This document shows positions 27,710-37,473 of a DNA stretch of 64,000 bases, piece by piece; position 1 is the stretch's first letter; each line of letters opens with the position of its first letter. The notes beneath the pieces were generated by a model. The model had not been told where the DNA came from and ran no database searches. It saw only the letters and a list, made by a program, of their open reading frames with translations. The translations under genes and the position numbers were made by a program. Source of the DNA: Klebsiella phage NU-KP11; sequence record OR644643.1. The stretch is one strand, 5' to 3'.

Positions 27710-28176
27710 AAATTCGTTCTGGGTTTGTGAGCAATAGCTCAAGCAGTAGCTTTATTATCGGGATCGGACTTGTTCGCCCTGGTAAAGAAAAGGAAGTTGC
27801 TGATATCTACGGTGAGAATAATATTGAGTCATTAATAGATATGATCACCGATGATACTCGTTCGAAGTGGGGTATTCCTCAAGTCGATAGCAACGGTACG
27901 ATCTCACTGGAAGCGTTCGGTTCCCATAGCGTTGAGATTTCGTATATCTGGGATAAGTTGAAAGAACTGGGGATGGACGATATCAAAATTGTTCACTTCA
28001 ATGAACGCGGCGATGAACCAGAATATGATGATGAATGCGGAAGATACAATTATAGCTGGTATGAAGACGCCGACGCGTTCGGGCCTGAACTCGAAAGAAA
28101 GTATAATTTATTACGTGATAACCGCGAACTGTTCATTGAAGGCGATGTGAATTGTGGCGGGGATTACGACGGTTAA
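27706..28176 (+). CDS. paralog B of MKIRSGFVSNSSSSSF-leader family (156 aa)
   Basis: see 23806..24321. Confidence 0.55.
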   Translation: MKIRSGFVSNSSSSSFIIGIGLVRPGKEKEVADIYGENNIESLIDMITDDTRSKWGIPQVDSNGTISLEAFGSHSVEISYIWDKLKELGMDDIKIVHFNERGDEPEYDDECGRYNYSWYEDADAFGPELERKYNLLRDNRELFIEGDVNCGGDYDG

Positions 28177-28191
28177 CCACTGGGGTAATGC

Positions 28192-28476
28192 ATGATAACG
28201 ATAGTATACTGGGAAGAAGTCGAAAGCGAAATGATCGATGGGGAACTGGCGGAGGTTGACGGGGAATCCGAAATGCTTACTGCTACTGAAACAATCGAAA
28301 ACGCTTTCGATCGAATCAAAGCGCATCAAAAAGAAATGGAAGGTCGTGATATTCAGTACATGATGAGTTTCTGGGTCGGAGGCGAGGCGTTATGTCATGC
28401 CGTAATTGCGGAAAGCACCTCAGTTGATACATGTCGTGAAAAGATCGAACAGTACGTGAAATCTTTCTTGCATTGA
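28192..28476 (+). CDS. hypothetical acidic protein (94 aa)
   Basis: ORF track. Confidence 0.5.
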   Translation: MITIVYWEEVESEMIDGELAEVDGESEMLTATETIENAFDRIKAHQKEMEGRDIQYMMSFWVGGEALCHAVIAESTSVDTCREKIEQYVKSFLH

Positions 28477-28480
28477 TGAA

Positions 28481-28548
28481 AAAGCCCTTGACTTTGGTCG
28501 GGGCTTTTTGCTATATTGGTTCTATCGAAAACAATGAGGAATACATTA
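28481..28548 (+). promoter_or_regulatory. Terminator/promoter module AAAAGCCCTTGACTTTGGTCGGGGCTTTTTGCTATATT + leader TCTATCGAAAACAATGAGGAATACATTATG
   Basis: repeat. Confidence 0.6.
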
Positions 28549-28844
28549 TGAAATATCTACTACTTGCACTTAGTCTTCTCGCAACTCCCGCTCTCGCGTT
28601 CGAGGAACCGCCTCCGATGGACAAAGCAACGTATGATGCGATGTCAGACGATGAGAAGTGCGAACACCTCCCCACGTATCAAATGATGTCTGATTGGCTC
28701 AAAGATTCCAAAGTAGATGAGAAGTTTAAAACCAAAGTCATCACCCAGTACCTTTACAGTCAGAACCAGGTATGTTTAATGACTTTACGAATCAAAATTC
28801 GTGAGTTAGAATATGAACTCAATACTGGAAAGAAACTGAAATAA
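28549..28844 (+). CDS. secreted protein (signal peptide ...ATPALAFEE)
   Basis: track ORF 28473.. trimmed to ATG after leader. Confidence 0.5.
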
Positions 28845-28853
28845 GGAAACGAT

Positions 28854-29078
28854 ATGAACTGCGTATATGTTATCATTGAAAAATTTACTTCTCCTGCTGG
28901 TAACGTTGAACAAACAACAGTATGTGCTGCTCTGAATGAAGAAGAAGCAAAGCACAAAGTCAAATATCTCAATGAAAATGCAATTATTCCTTTCGGTTTC
29001 AAAGGTTATACTGTAAAATACGAATATACTGCGATTTCTCTTGAAACTAGCCCTTCATGGCTACTTGATATGAAATGA
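28854..29078 (+). CDS. hypothetical protein (74 aa)
   Basis: ORF track. Confidence 0.5.
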   Translation: MNCVYVIIEKFTSPAGNVEQTTVCAALNEEEAKHKVKYLNENAIIPFGFKGYTVKYEYTAISLETSPSWLLDMK

Positions 29079-29085
29079 GGTTAAA

Positions 29086-29541
29086 ATGAATCCTTATACA
29101 AAATGCGGGGTCATGTCCCTGTTATTAAAAGAAGTTGTGCGGTTCTATAGCCCTATTGGTAAAGTGTGGTGTGTATCTATCGGTGGTAGACAAATCGGAT
29201 GGATCCGCCGTGGAGATACAATCAAAGGCTGGCACCAATACACCGCAATTTCTATTATGGGTTGTGAATATGGTGAGTTTGATAACTTCATGCAAGCATT
29301 GTCACTGTTCATAGATAACGCTATTCACGAGATCAGTTCACAGGGTTCCAAAGTTACAAAGTACATGGATACTCTTTATGTGAACGTGGAAACCGATCGA
29401 TATTGCATCATCAAAGAAGCGCTATATGATGATAATGATGAGGTGTATTATTACATCATATCCGATCAAAACCAGATGCAAAGTTATATCTCCCCGTTTG
29501 AATTGCGATATCAAACACTAATGGGATTCATTGAATTCTAA
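29086..29541 (+). CDS. hypothetical protein (151 aa)
   Basis: ORF track. Confidence 0.5.
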   Translation: MNPYTKCGVMSLLLKEVVRFYSPIGKVWCVSIGGRQIGWIRRGDTIKGWHQYTAISIMGCEYGEFDNFMQALSLFIDNAIHEISSQGSKVTKYMDTLYVNVETDRYCIIKEALYDDNDEVYYYIISDQNQMQSYISPFELRYQTLMGFIEF

Positions 29542-29548
29542 AAGAAAG

Positions 29549-29577
29549 CCCCAACCGAAAGGAAGGGGCTTTTTGTT
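29549..29577. terminator. Bidirectional terminator AGCCCC..GGGGCT + T-runs on both strands, between convergent + and - blocks
   Basis: hairpin flanked by AAAG.../...TTTTT. Confidence 0.65.
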
Positions 29578-29968
29578 ATGATGCGGAAAGCTGTAGTTTG
29601 ATTTGCTCTACGTCATCCGGGTCATCAATGATACTGTAATAGATGGTTACTGTTACTGAGTTATCATCATACTGTGGAATAACTTCAACAGAAAGATTAT
29701 ATACTCTAGGCTCATATGTCCGGATCGCAGATACGATAGAAGTTCTAATTGATTCCGCTGTCAGAGGGTTCATGTTCTCAAACAGCATATCACTAATAGC
29801 ACAACCAAAGTTACTATCAAATGGACGTGTACCCTTGATCGTGGTTACGATACCAATCAAACTATTTCTTACTGCTGCGGCCCCTTTTGAAGCCGCTACG
29901 TCATTATTCCAATCTCGTTGCATGTTAGGTTCTATATCGCTATATAGCAACCTCAGATTTACACCCAT
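29576..29968 (-). CDS. 25: baseplate wedge protein gp25-like
   Basis: Close match to recalled T4 gp25 (LYSDI.P.M..DWN.DV; GTRPFD..FGC..SD.LFENM.PLTA; DDPDDVEQIKLQL). Confidence 0.8.
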   Translation of the reverse strand: MGVNLRLLYSDIEPNMQRDWNNDVAASKGAAAVRNSLIGIVTTIKGTRPFDSNFGCAISDMLFENMNPLTAESIRTSIVSAIRTYEPRVYNLSVEVIPQYDDNSVTVTIYYSIIDDPDDVEQIKLQLSAS

Positions 29969-30523
29969 TTAGACCACCTTTAAAAATTGCTGTAAGCCTC
30001 TCAGAGAGACGATATGGCTATGTCCACACGAACACCTTACCGGAATGTTTGCGACCACTGCTGGCTTATCCAGGGCGGTAGAAATCGATTTATAGGTTGC
30101 ATAGTCGATTGCATCCAACACCATTTCTTTATCTTTGTCGCTGCAATCACTCCACATGATCTGTTCGCCGTCTATCATTACGTAATCGATAAGATCGGGG
30201 ATCTCTTCATCACCAGTCTTACGAGGGTGAACAGATAGCGCGATCCCGTCATTGCCGTATAGCTTATCGTCGAAATCTTCAACCATGATTTGATTGCGTT
30301 TAAGCTGAAATTCTATTCTTTCCTGACATTCTTCACAGTTGATGAACAGTTGACGGGTATCTATATTTTTACTTTCCAGAAGTGCCAGAATGAAAAGATA
30401 TTCTCTTTGATACAGGTAAACATCCCCTTTGATAAAATCTGCATTGGGGGTAAACTCTGTATGTGTCAGAGGACGATAATCAACATTATATTTCTCAACG
30501 TGTTTATATTCATGCTTTCTCAT
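29969..30523 (-). CDS. baseplate hub component, gp26-like by position/size
   Basis: synteny only. Confidence 0.3.
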   Translation of the reverse strand: MRKHEYKHVEKYNVDYRPLTHTEFTPNADFIKGDVYLYQREYLFILALLESKNIDTRQLFINCEECQERIEFQLKRNQIMVEDFDDKLYGNDGIALSVHPRKTGDEEIPDLIDYVMIDGEQIMWSDCSDKDKEMVLDAIDYATYKSISTALDKPAVVANIPVRCSCGHSHIVSLRGLQQFLKVV

Positions 30524-31323
30524 TTAACAGCACCTTGTTTTTTCAAGTCTTCTGCAAGCAATGCAGTATAAATTTGCCTTTCCATCGGGCTACTATTCAT
30601 GATAGGTTCCAGGTTCAGGCCATTTTTATTTAGCAGATAGTTGGTCTTCACAAATTCATCCAGATCCCCACGACTAAACAGGATCTTGAACAGGGTTAAC
30701 ATACCACTAAATGATTTACCGCGCATAGACACGTCAACCGATTTCGTTAGCATAGTAACTATTTTTTCTACATCATCAAGTTCGACGATATCAAGAATAT
30801 TCTCTTTCGTTTCTTCGGTTAGTGATGTCCATTCATAGCGCTGTTCGTTGTATATCACATAACTGATACATTCAAGAAACAACTCTTCGCTTGTATTGCG
30901 TGTACGGGGGAAGTTAAACCCTAATGTGATTTCATCATTCAGCTTGTATTCGTTTTCCAGTTGAATATCATTAATCACCATGAAGGCTTCGGAGTGGCCC
31001 CCGCCTTTACCGCCTATCACAACCTTGATAACGTTTTTACCGAACGAACCACAATACACCCGGCTGAAAATATATTCCTGTTCTGTTTTGGAATACCCAG
31101 GGTAAAGCAGATCCAACACTTCATCCAGTATTTCCTGTTGCTCTTTAAGGGGCCGACCTTCCATATCAATACGGGTCAGCATTAGTTTAAACTGGTCTTT
31201 AACTGTAAACATAGGGAATCGTTTGATCCCTGATGGTAATGTTACTCGAATAATATCAAACATAAGATCCTCAAAAGGGGCCGTAGCCCCTTTATTGTCC
31301 TGTAATTGCGGTACGTGCTGCAA
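30520..31323 (-). CDS. baseplate hub assembly protein, gp51-like by position/size
   Basis: synteny only. Confidence 0.3.
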   Translation of the reverse strand: MQHVPQLQDNKGATAPFEDLMFDIIRVTLPSGIKRFPMFTVKDQFKLMLTRIDMEGRPLKEQQEILDEVLDLLYPGYSKTEQEYIFSRVYCGSFGKNVIKVVIGGKGGGHSEAFMVINDIQLENEYKLNDEITLGFNFPRTRNTSEELFLECISYVIYNEQRYEWTSLTEETKENILDIVELDDVEKIVTMLTKSVDVSMRGKSFSGMLTLFKILFSRGDLDEFVKTNYLLNKNGLNLEPIMNSSPMERQIYTALLAEDLKKQGAVK

Positions 31324-32158
31324 TGGCTAAACCTTCCTCTACGGATTGTTTGAACCCTTCCCAGCCTTCTTTATCAGCCTCGACAACCCATGATGTTTTA
31401 TAGGCAAAATCAACAGTAAATGTCCAGATTTCGTTGTTGTTCTCATAGCTCAATTCACTGTTACTGATTTTGACGGGCAAGCACTTCTGAAATACGTATG
31501 TTGTATGCGGTGAACCATCACGATCGTGTAAGTTAACCTGAATAGTACTTGTCACTTCATCAATGAAGGCGTATTGTCCTGTTACATCATCGCGAATAGC
31601 GGAAATCCATTCGTTAAAGATTTTCAGGTTACGGGCTTCTGAATCGGTGCGGAACGTCAATGACAATTCCCCATTCTCAGGGCGAGTGAATCTGATTTGA
31701 GGTACGCCACCATTATAAACGTATTCGTACCCAATGGATTTACCAGGGAGGTTAACTCCCATAATGCTTAAACCCATATTATACATCATTTCATCACGGA
31801 ATTCAGATAGCAGTTGTCCATACATGCTATCACCAAACAGGGAAGTAATCAAACGGGGGCTAATTGCCCCGATGATTTTGCTAAATCCTGTTTTGTTCAG
31901 CGACATAATCGCCTTATCGACGGTGTAACTAAACAATTTACTCACACCGCCAGTGATAGCATTAATGAATTCGTTCGGGTTGTTCGCGTTGATAGAACTA
32001 ATAGATCCATCAATCAAAGTATCTCGAATACTACCGATCGTGTTGTCAAGGATACGTGATGCAGGGCTGGTTGCAAATACAACGCTAAACAGGTTGCTAC
32101 GCTGAAAATCGCGATTAGCCATACCTGATAAAAATTCATCTACGTTGTAAAACATCAT
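31292..32158 (-). CDS. 54: baseplate tail-tube initiator gp54-like
   Basis: DFQRSNLFSVVFATSPAS, FRTDSEARN, IQVNLHDRDGSPHTT match recalled T4 gp54. Confidence 0.65.
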   Translation of the reverse strand: MMFYNVDEFLSGMANRDFQRSNLFSVVFATSPASRILDNTIGSIRDTLIDGSISSINANNPNEFINAITGGVSKLFSYTVDKAIMSLNKTGFSKIIGAISPRLITSLFGDSMYGQLLSEFRDEMMYNMGLSIMGVNLPGKSIGYEYVYNGGVPQIRFTRPENGELSLTFRTDSEARNLKIFNEWISAIRDDVTGQYAFIDEVTSTIQVNLHDRDGSPHTTYVFQKCLPVKISNSELSYENNNEIWTFTVDFAYKTSWVVEADKEGWEGFKQSVEEGLAIAARTAITGQ

Positions 32159-32164
32159 ATCTCC

Positions 32165-33238
32165 TTAGTAATTTGTATCAAAAATAGAATCCTGACGCAT
32201 ATCGATCAGTTCCATAAATTGAATTTCGACCTCAAGTGAGATCGGGGTATTTGGTGATTCTCTTAATGTATTTACAATATTATCAATAGAACGACCAAAG
32301 CGAACACTGGTAATACCTGCTGGCCCAAAGGTTGAATGAGGTAAACGCAAGGAATCCCCAGACTGGAAATCACGAATAAACCAGACAGGAGGCGATTTAA
32401 TAACCTCTACGTTTGAAATGAAGTCAACCACATCATTACCCAGACTATTATCAAAATCTGACGCTGTTACTGGGTTACTGGAAGGGCTAATTGCGTTCGC
32501 GGTTTTAGCACCCAGAACACCGTAATATTGTTTAACCAATGCAGCAACCTCTTTAGCAGTACCGCCAGAAGTTGTACCATAACCCAGAACAGTAAACAGA
32601 TAGTAGATTTTAATCAGTTCCAGCAAATCATTACGGCTTTCGATCACGAATGTATTGTAATACATCTTTGTTCGCTTGTCAGAACCCTGGAAAGCGGCTT
32701 TAGTACCAACATCAAGGGCTTCTCTTCGGTCTGCCATAATACCGCCTGAAACGGATTCTACAGCGCCCCATACCATGTTTGAAACAACACGGCTCAACCC
32801 TTTGGTTAAGAAACTATCGTTTGCATCTTGATAGCGGTGGCTGTTTACTTCGTTATCGTTCAGGCTTCGCGGTAGCAGGATCTGGCAAACAGGTTCCATA
32901 GTACCAATAGAACTATTCAACACTTGTTTGTACTTAACATTACCCGTCGCAGATGATAGTATTTGTTTTGGGTTCTGTGCTGCCTGACGTAATGAACGAT
33001 AGTTGTCTTTACTACCAACACCATTAAAATCATATGCAGTGAACAGAAGGCCGTTATTATACAGACTCGAAGCATTATAAGCATTATCGATACCTGCTGC
33101 ACGTTGGGCCGGAAATTCGGCGGTAACGATAGTTTGCTTTAATACTGATTCTGTGATTGCGGCACCCCCAGAGGGGATACCGCGATTTTTAATATTTTTG
33201 AGAGTGTTTATACTGTCATCAATAATAGAAAACTTCAT
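32165..33238 (-). CDS. baseplate tail-tube cap gp48-like (by synteny)
   Basis: adjacent to gp54-like, 357 aa vs 364 in T4. Confidence 0.4.
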   Translation of the reverse strand: MKFSIIDDSINTLKNIKNRGIPSGGAAITESVLKQTIVTAEFPAQRAAGIDNAYNASSLYNNGLLFTAYDFNGVGSKDNYRSLRQAAQNPKQILSSATGNVKYKQVLNSSIGTMEPVCQILLPRSLNDNEVNSHRYQDANDSFLTKGLSRVVSNMVWGAVESVSGGIMADRREALDVGTKAAFQGSDKRTKMYYNTFVIESRNDLLELIKIYYLFTVLGYGTTSGGTAKEVAALVKQYYGVLGAKTANAISPSSNPVTASDFDNSLGNDVVDFISNVEVIKSPPVWFIRDFQSGDSLRLPHSTFGPAGITSVRFGRSIDNIVNTLRESPNTPISLEVEIQFMELIDMRQDSIFDTNY

Positions 33239-33248
33239 TATATGTTCC

Positions 33249-35042
33249 TTATGCCAGCGCTACGAGCGGTTTATGCTCTGTGCGTTGTACTGAATGAGTT
33301 ACGTTGTTGTTAACAGTTTTGTTGTTAACCTGAATGTTGCTTGCTTTATCAGCATCCGGTTTATTTGCTGCTAACGGTGGCTGTGCGTCGATCGGGGCGC
33401 TGGATTCTGTACGGGCTGCAATCTTGTTTTGCAATTGCTCGATAAGGTCAGAGATTCTATCCTTCTGTACATCGTCCAGATTGCCTTCATTACGACGTTT
33501 TTCAAGCTGATCCAACAGTTCATCGTTAATGTATTTGATATCGGCTGCATCCAGATTTTCAGAGTTAGCATAGTTGGTTGCTTTACCCAACAGATCATCA
33601 CCTTTTTTCTCGGATCCTTCTGGCGGTTGTTTGCCTTCCTTACGCGCTTGTTTCAGGCGATCCGCTTCGATTTGTGCCTGACGAACACGCTCTCTGTTGC
33701 GTTTGTTTTCCTCATCGGCTAACTTCTGTGCTTCTTCTGCACTGCCTTCAATCAATTTCACCTGACTTTTTAATTCGTCGGTGTGTTTTTTCATAGTATC
33801 CAGACGTTCTTTGTCAGCATCGACAATCTTCTGATTTCTTTCCTGATAATCAGTAGGAGCTACTTTGTAGATCGAACCGTTAGGGATCTGGCTAGGAGTA
33901 ATCGTCAACGCCTGACGTGCTGCAATGGCTTTATCTTCTTTTTCCAATGCTTCCTGTTGTTCTGCCAGTTCTTGTTTCTTAATCATGATAATATCGTCTT
34001 TGGTCAACTCAAGACCAAATTTCTGTTTATCACGTAAAGCGGTGATCTGCATTCCGCGTCCGGCATTGGTAATGCTGTCTATGCCAGTTGATTCACCCAA
34101 TGATTGAATAAGACGACCGATACCCTCAGTGATTGCCGTTTGTACAGTTTGTCCCAACAACTTCATAGGCTCAACGAACAAATCACGGAGTGATTCTCCT
34201 AAGTTATTCATATTGAAGTTGTTCAAACCTTCTTCGATCTTTGTTACGATAGCCTTTACGTTACCCAGATATGTACCAAATAGTTTCTTTGAGGATTCCC
34301 CTTCTTTCAGGATATCTTCGAACCATTTGCGTATTGTGACGCGCAACACATCGAATGTAAAGATTAACGAACCAATAAGGAGCGTCCATTTAGCAAACTT
34401 TGCCATTGCTTCCAGAGAGTAACCAATGAAACGGCTAAGGATCTGCGATGTAAACCCTTTAATAGAAACCAGGCTTTTAGCAATGCTATCCAGAGTTTTG
34501 CTTCTTTTGTCTTCATCATCAATGATGCGTTTTTTCTTAGTGTCTACATACGGATCAGGTTCTTCCACTGGTTCAGGAAGCGGTTTATGCTTATCAGTAT
34601 TTTCATATAAATCAACAAGTTTGTTAATAGCATGAAAAATAGATTCGGTGTTTTCTTCCAGCTTACCGAACTGACCATTTTGGTTAACGTTTACTGTATT
34701 GTCAACAGTTTTTGAGTTATCATCGGTTAAGGATATAGGACGGATCGGGCCGACGAAATCAGGTAGCTGTTCGGCTAATGATTCCTTTTTATCCTCTTCG
34801 TATTGTTCTTTGAACCCCGCGAATTTGTCACGGAATTTTTCTTCGAACGATTTCAACCCTTCTTTGATATCAAGAGTATTGATTGCACTTTCAAGGGTGT
34901 TATCGTTGATTTCCTTTAGGTCACGGGCGCTTTCAGCATCAAGGGAGGCTGTTACTTTGGTGACCGCTGGTTGTTTGTTGCTGTTTCTGTTCAGAAACTT
35001 TTTCTTTTGTTCTTCGTTGAAATAAGAGTTAGCCATTATCAT
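33249..35042 (-). CDS. tail tape-measure / baseplate hub protein gp29-like
   Basis: 597 aa, long charged coiled-coil middle, position next to gp48/gp28-like. Confidence 0.5.
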   Translation of the reverse strand: MIMANSYFNEEQKKKFLNRNSNKQPAVTKVTASLDAESARDLKEINDNTLESAINTLDIKEGLKSFEEKFRDKFAGFKEQYEEDKKESLAEQLPDFVGPIRPISLTDDNSKTVDNTVNVNQNGQFGKLEENTESIFHAINKLVDLYENTDKHKPLPEPVEEPDPYVDTKKKRIIDDEDKRSKTLDSIAKSLVSIKGFTSQILSRFIGYSLEAMAKFAKWTLLIGSLIFTFDVLRVTIRKWFEDILKEGESSKKLFGTYLGNVKAIVTKIEEGLNNFNMNNLGESLRDLFVEPMKLLGQTVQTAITEGIGRLIQSLGESTGIDSITNAGRGMQITALRDKQKFGLELTKDDIIMIKKQELAEQQEALEKEDKAIAARQALTITPSQIPNGSIYKVAPTDYQERNQKIVDADKERLDTMKKHTDELKSQVKLIEGSAEEAQKLADEENKRNRERVRQAQIEADRLKQARKEGKQPPEGSEKKGDDLLGKATNYANSENLDAADIKYINDELLDQLEKRRNEGNLDDVQKDRISDLIEQLQNKIAARTESSAPIDAQPPLAANKPDADKASNIQVNNKTVNNNVTHSVQRTEHKPLVALA

Positions 35043-35641
35043 TCACCAATGATGTTAAGCCCTTTGATGGTTTTCCCCTCATGAATAATGTATACTTCCT
35101 GGAGGACACCACGCGATACCTGATCATATTCGAATCGGTACAGGCAATTAATTAATTCGTCTCGTTTATCCTCAGTTAATTCTACTGGCTTACCGTCAAC
35201 ATATGCCTCTTTGATGAGGAACGGAAGGTGAGCATTTAACAGGCTGGGTTTGTCAAAGACTAACCGCACATTGTCAAACGTAAAATCATAGCAAGGTTCG
35301 GAGATTTTGAGGTCATCAAGATTTAGCCCAATTTCTTTAAGCGTATTGGCATAATCAGCGTTATTGTGTGCATACATATGGATCAACACAAATTCAATTT
35401 CCGCTGCTGTTAGTTCACGCGGTTTGATGTCATCAATGATGAATCGCATGATCGCAACTGGGTCATCTTTCAGAGTCTTAATCTTTACAAAATGACGATA
35501 CGACATCTTAGGGATCTCAATGGCTGTTCCATCCGGAAGATGAACGGTTTTAACGTTAGTCTTCTTGATTTCAAGCCGTGTAGTCATAAATTTATCAAGA
35601 GTTTTATTTTTCATTATTGCCTCAAATTGAACCTGGGTCAT
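35039..35641 (-). CDS. baseplate hub distal subunit gp28-like (by synteny)
   Basis: 200 aa, upstream of gp29-like. Confidence 0.35.
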   Translation of the reverse strand: MTQVQFEAIMKNKTLDKFMTTRLEIKKTNVKTVHLPDGTAIEIPKMSYRHFVKIKTLKDDPVAIMRFIIDDIKPRELTAAEIEFVLIHMYAHNNADYANTLKEIGLNLDDLKISEPCYDFTFDNVRLVFDKPSLLNAHLPFLIKEAYVDGKPVELTEDKRDELINCLYRFEYDQVSRGVLQEVYIIHEGKTIKGLNIIGE

Positions 35642-35683
35642 TATTTACTATTTAGTAAATAGGATATATTAGGAGGGATTTTT

Positions 35684-36793
35684 ATGGCTGAAAAAATCGT
35701 CAATCGAGTCACATCGATTAAATTATATACATCATACGAAAAATACATTGATAACGCATATACTGAATTGCTACCCGCTCTTGTCTCGTTTAGTGAAAAG
35801 ACGATGATTAACGGCTCATCGGAAACGCTGATGCAGATATACGACGCACAGTTAATCTATCAGCAACTTATCCAGCCGATCATACAGGTATCTTTCCAGT
35901 ACAACGGTACACAGGAACAACATTATTACGGATTGCTTTACTCTAACGTAGATACCGACGATAAAAACCGCTCTGTGCTGCGTATGAACCTCTCTCCGCT
36001 GCATAAAACGTTCAGACGTAAGTTTGCCCGTTCATTTAGTAACAACGCCGTACAGACGATTACAGAGTGTATGACGGCACTGTATAGCAAAATGAAACTA
36101 CTTACCCCCGAAGTTGACGGCGGTAACATACGTATCCCTCCTGGATGTCTAAATGGCACATATCAGGATATATTTGATTATATCAGGGACAACGGGCAAA
36201 GTGTAGTTTCTTCTGACTTCTGTTATCTGTGGGAAGATGGTTCCGGTATTTTCCTTAAAAGTTCAACTGACATTCTGGCCCAGACACCGATCCCAGCATA
36301 CAAATTTAACGTTGATAACGTGTTTGTTGGTGATACTGTCATATTCACAGAAGCCCAGTATATTACCCATAAGGATAACACAACGCTGTTTAAAGATGCC
36401 AGTTTCTTTAGTCTGTCATTGACTGATAAAAAGATGTACGGTGATATACTGGCTGATACAGACACAGAAAATACATGGATCTTCACAAACCGTAATGCAA
36501 TCTATGATACCAACTTTCAGAACCCCGATTCAGAAGGTAAACCGTTCCAGGCGTCTAAAATGCAATTGCTATCCAGCTATGAACGCCGGATCAGATTCGA
36601 TATAAAGCAGGGTCGTTTAGATGTTAAGGTAGGGGCAATCATTGAGGTATTTGGGGAAGAGTATGCAGGAAAATATCTGATCGTTGAATGTGTTCGAGAC
36701 GTATCAAAAGATTTCCACCTGCAAACACTTGAATGTATACAGGTGGGGGAACCTACCAGCGCCGCTACTACGAACACAACTAGCAGTACTTAA
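35684..36793 (+). CDS. putative baseplate hub protein (gp27-like by size/position), divergently transcribed
   Basis: 369 aa; no motif confirmation. Confidence 0.3.
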   Translation: MAEKIVNRVTSIKLYTSYEKYIDNAYTELLPALVSFSEKTMINGSSETLMQIYDAQLIYQQLIQPIIQVSFQYNGTQEQHYYGLLYSNVDTDDKNRSVLRMNLSPLHKTFRRKFARSFSNNAVQTITECMTALYSKMKLLTPEVDGGNIRIPPGCLNGTYQDIFDYIRDNGQSVVSSDFCYLWEDGSGIFLKSSTDILAQTPIPAYKFNVDNVFVGDTVIFTEAQYITHKDNTTLFKDASFFSLSLTDKKMYGDILADTDTENTWIFTNRNAIYDTNFQNPDSEGKPFQASKMQLLSSYERRIRFDIKQGRLDVKVGAIIEVFGEEYAGKYLIVECVRDVSKDFHLQTLECIQVGEPTSAATTNTTSST

Positions 36794-37167
36794 TCCTCAA
36801 ACAATCCGAGGTGGAGATCGAAAACATTGTTATTGACCTTTTTACGGGCCTTTATGATGTTTTCGTAATGTTCGCGTGGTAACTCAACCAAAAAACACTG
36901 TCTGTCTTCTGGAGCATTCTCAACTTGTGCTTCCAGAAGCGGATAGTTCTTAGGATCATCATAATCAATGTTGTTATCGAGATCCAGAATAACACAACGC
37001 CAAATTTCCGGCTCTGCTGATGTTTTAACAGTTTGAACCAATGACGCGTTTTTCAATCCCAGTCGATGCGAAAGAATTTCATGGGCGAATTCGGGGTCAT
37101 CATAACGGATCTCTTCACCATTCCAACGAATAAGGCGAACGGTTGCACTCAGTTTAAATTTGCTCAT
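36790..37167 (-). CDS. hypothetical protein (125 aa)
   Basis: ORF track; stop overlaps convergent + gene stop. Confidence 0.5.
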   Translation of the reverse strand: MSKFKLSATVRLIRWNGEEIRYDDPEFAHEILSHRLGLKNASLVQTVKTSAEPEIWRCVILDLDNNIDYDDPKNYPLLEAQVENAPEDRQCFLVELPREHYENIIKARKKVNNNVFDLHLGLFED

Positions 37168-37463
37168 TTCATTTTCCTTGTCATCAATTCACGTAATTTT
37201 TTAGTTGGCGCTGGAGGATTTTTAATGATTTCCTGGATCTGATCCCATGTTTCGGGGGATACTTGTTCCTTTTCCATCACAACTATATTTGGATTATCGC
37301 AACACTTACCAACAAGAACAGAACGCCCACAATTAAGGCAAATCGTATCAGGGCATTTTCCAAGTTTATCAGGGTCGATAGATTCAAGGAATCTTCTTGC
37401 TACCGATAACCGCTCTTTAACTTCTTCTTCGCTAACTTCCATTTGTAATTTTCCGCCATTCAT
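37164..37463 (-). CDS. zinc-ribbon protein (CPDTICLNCG...CC)
   Basis: ORF track. Confidence 0.5.
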   Translation of the reverse strand: MNGGKLQMEVSEEEVKERLSVARRFLESIDPDKLGKCPDTICLNCGRSVLVGKCCDNPNIVVMEKEQVSPETWDQIQEIIKNPPAPTKKLRELMTRKMK

Positions 37464-37473
37464 AATAATACCC

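Noticed and set aside
33371-35025. Several + strand ORFs (33429..33722, 33578..33796, 33783..34037, 34129..34422, 34699..35025) antisense to the gp29-like gene
   Set aside because: Low-complexity antisense frames of a Lys/Glu-rich coiled-coil gene, with no signals. The same applies to antisense ORFs inside nrdA, gp46, ligase and vWA.
36790-36793. Convergent genes 35684..36793 (+) and 36790..37167 (-) share overlapping stop codons with no terminator between them
   Set aside because: Noted only as a curiosity. Convergent overlap of stops is common in compact phage genomes, and there is no evidence of function.
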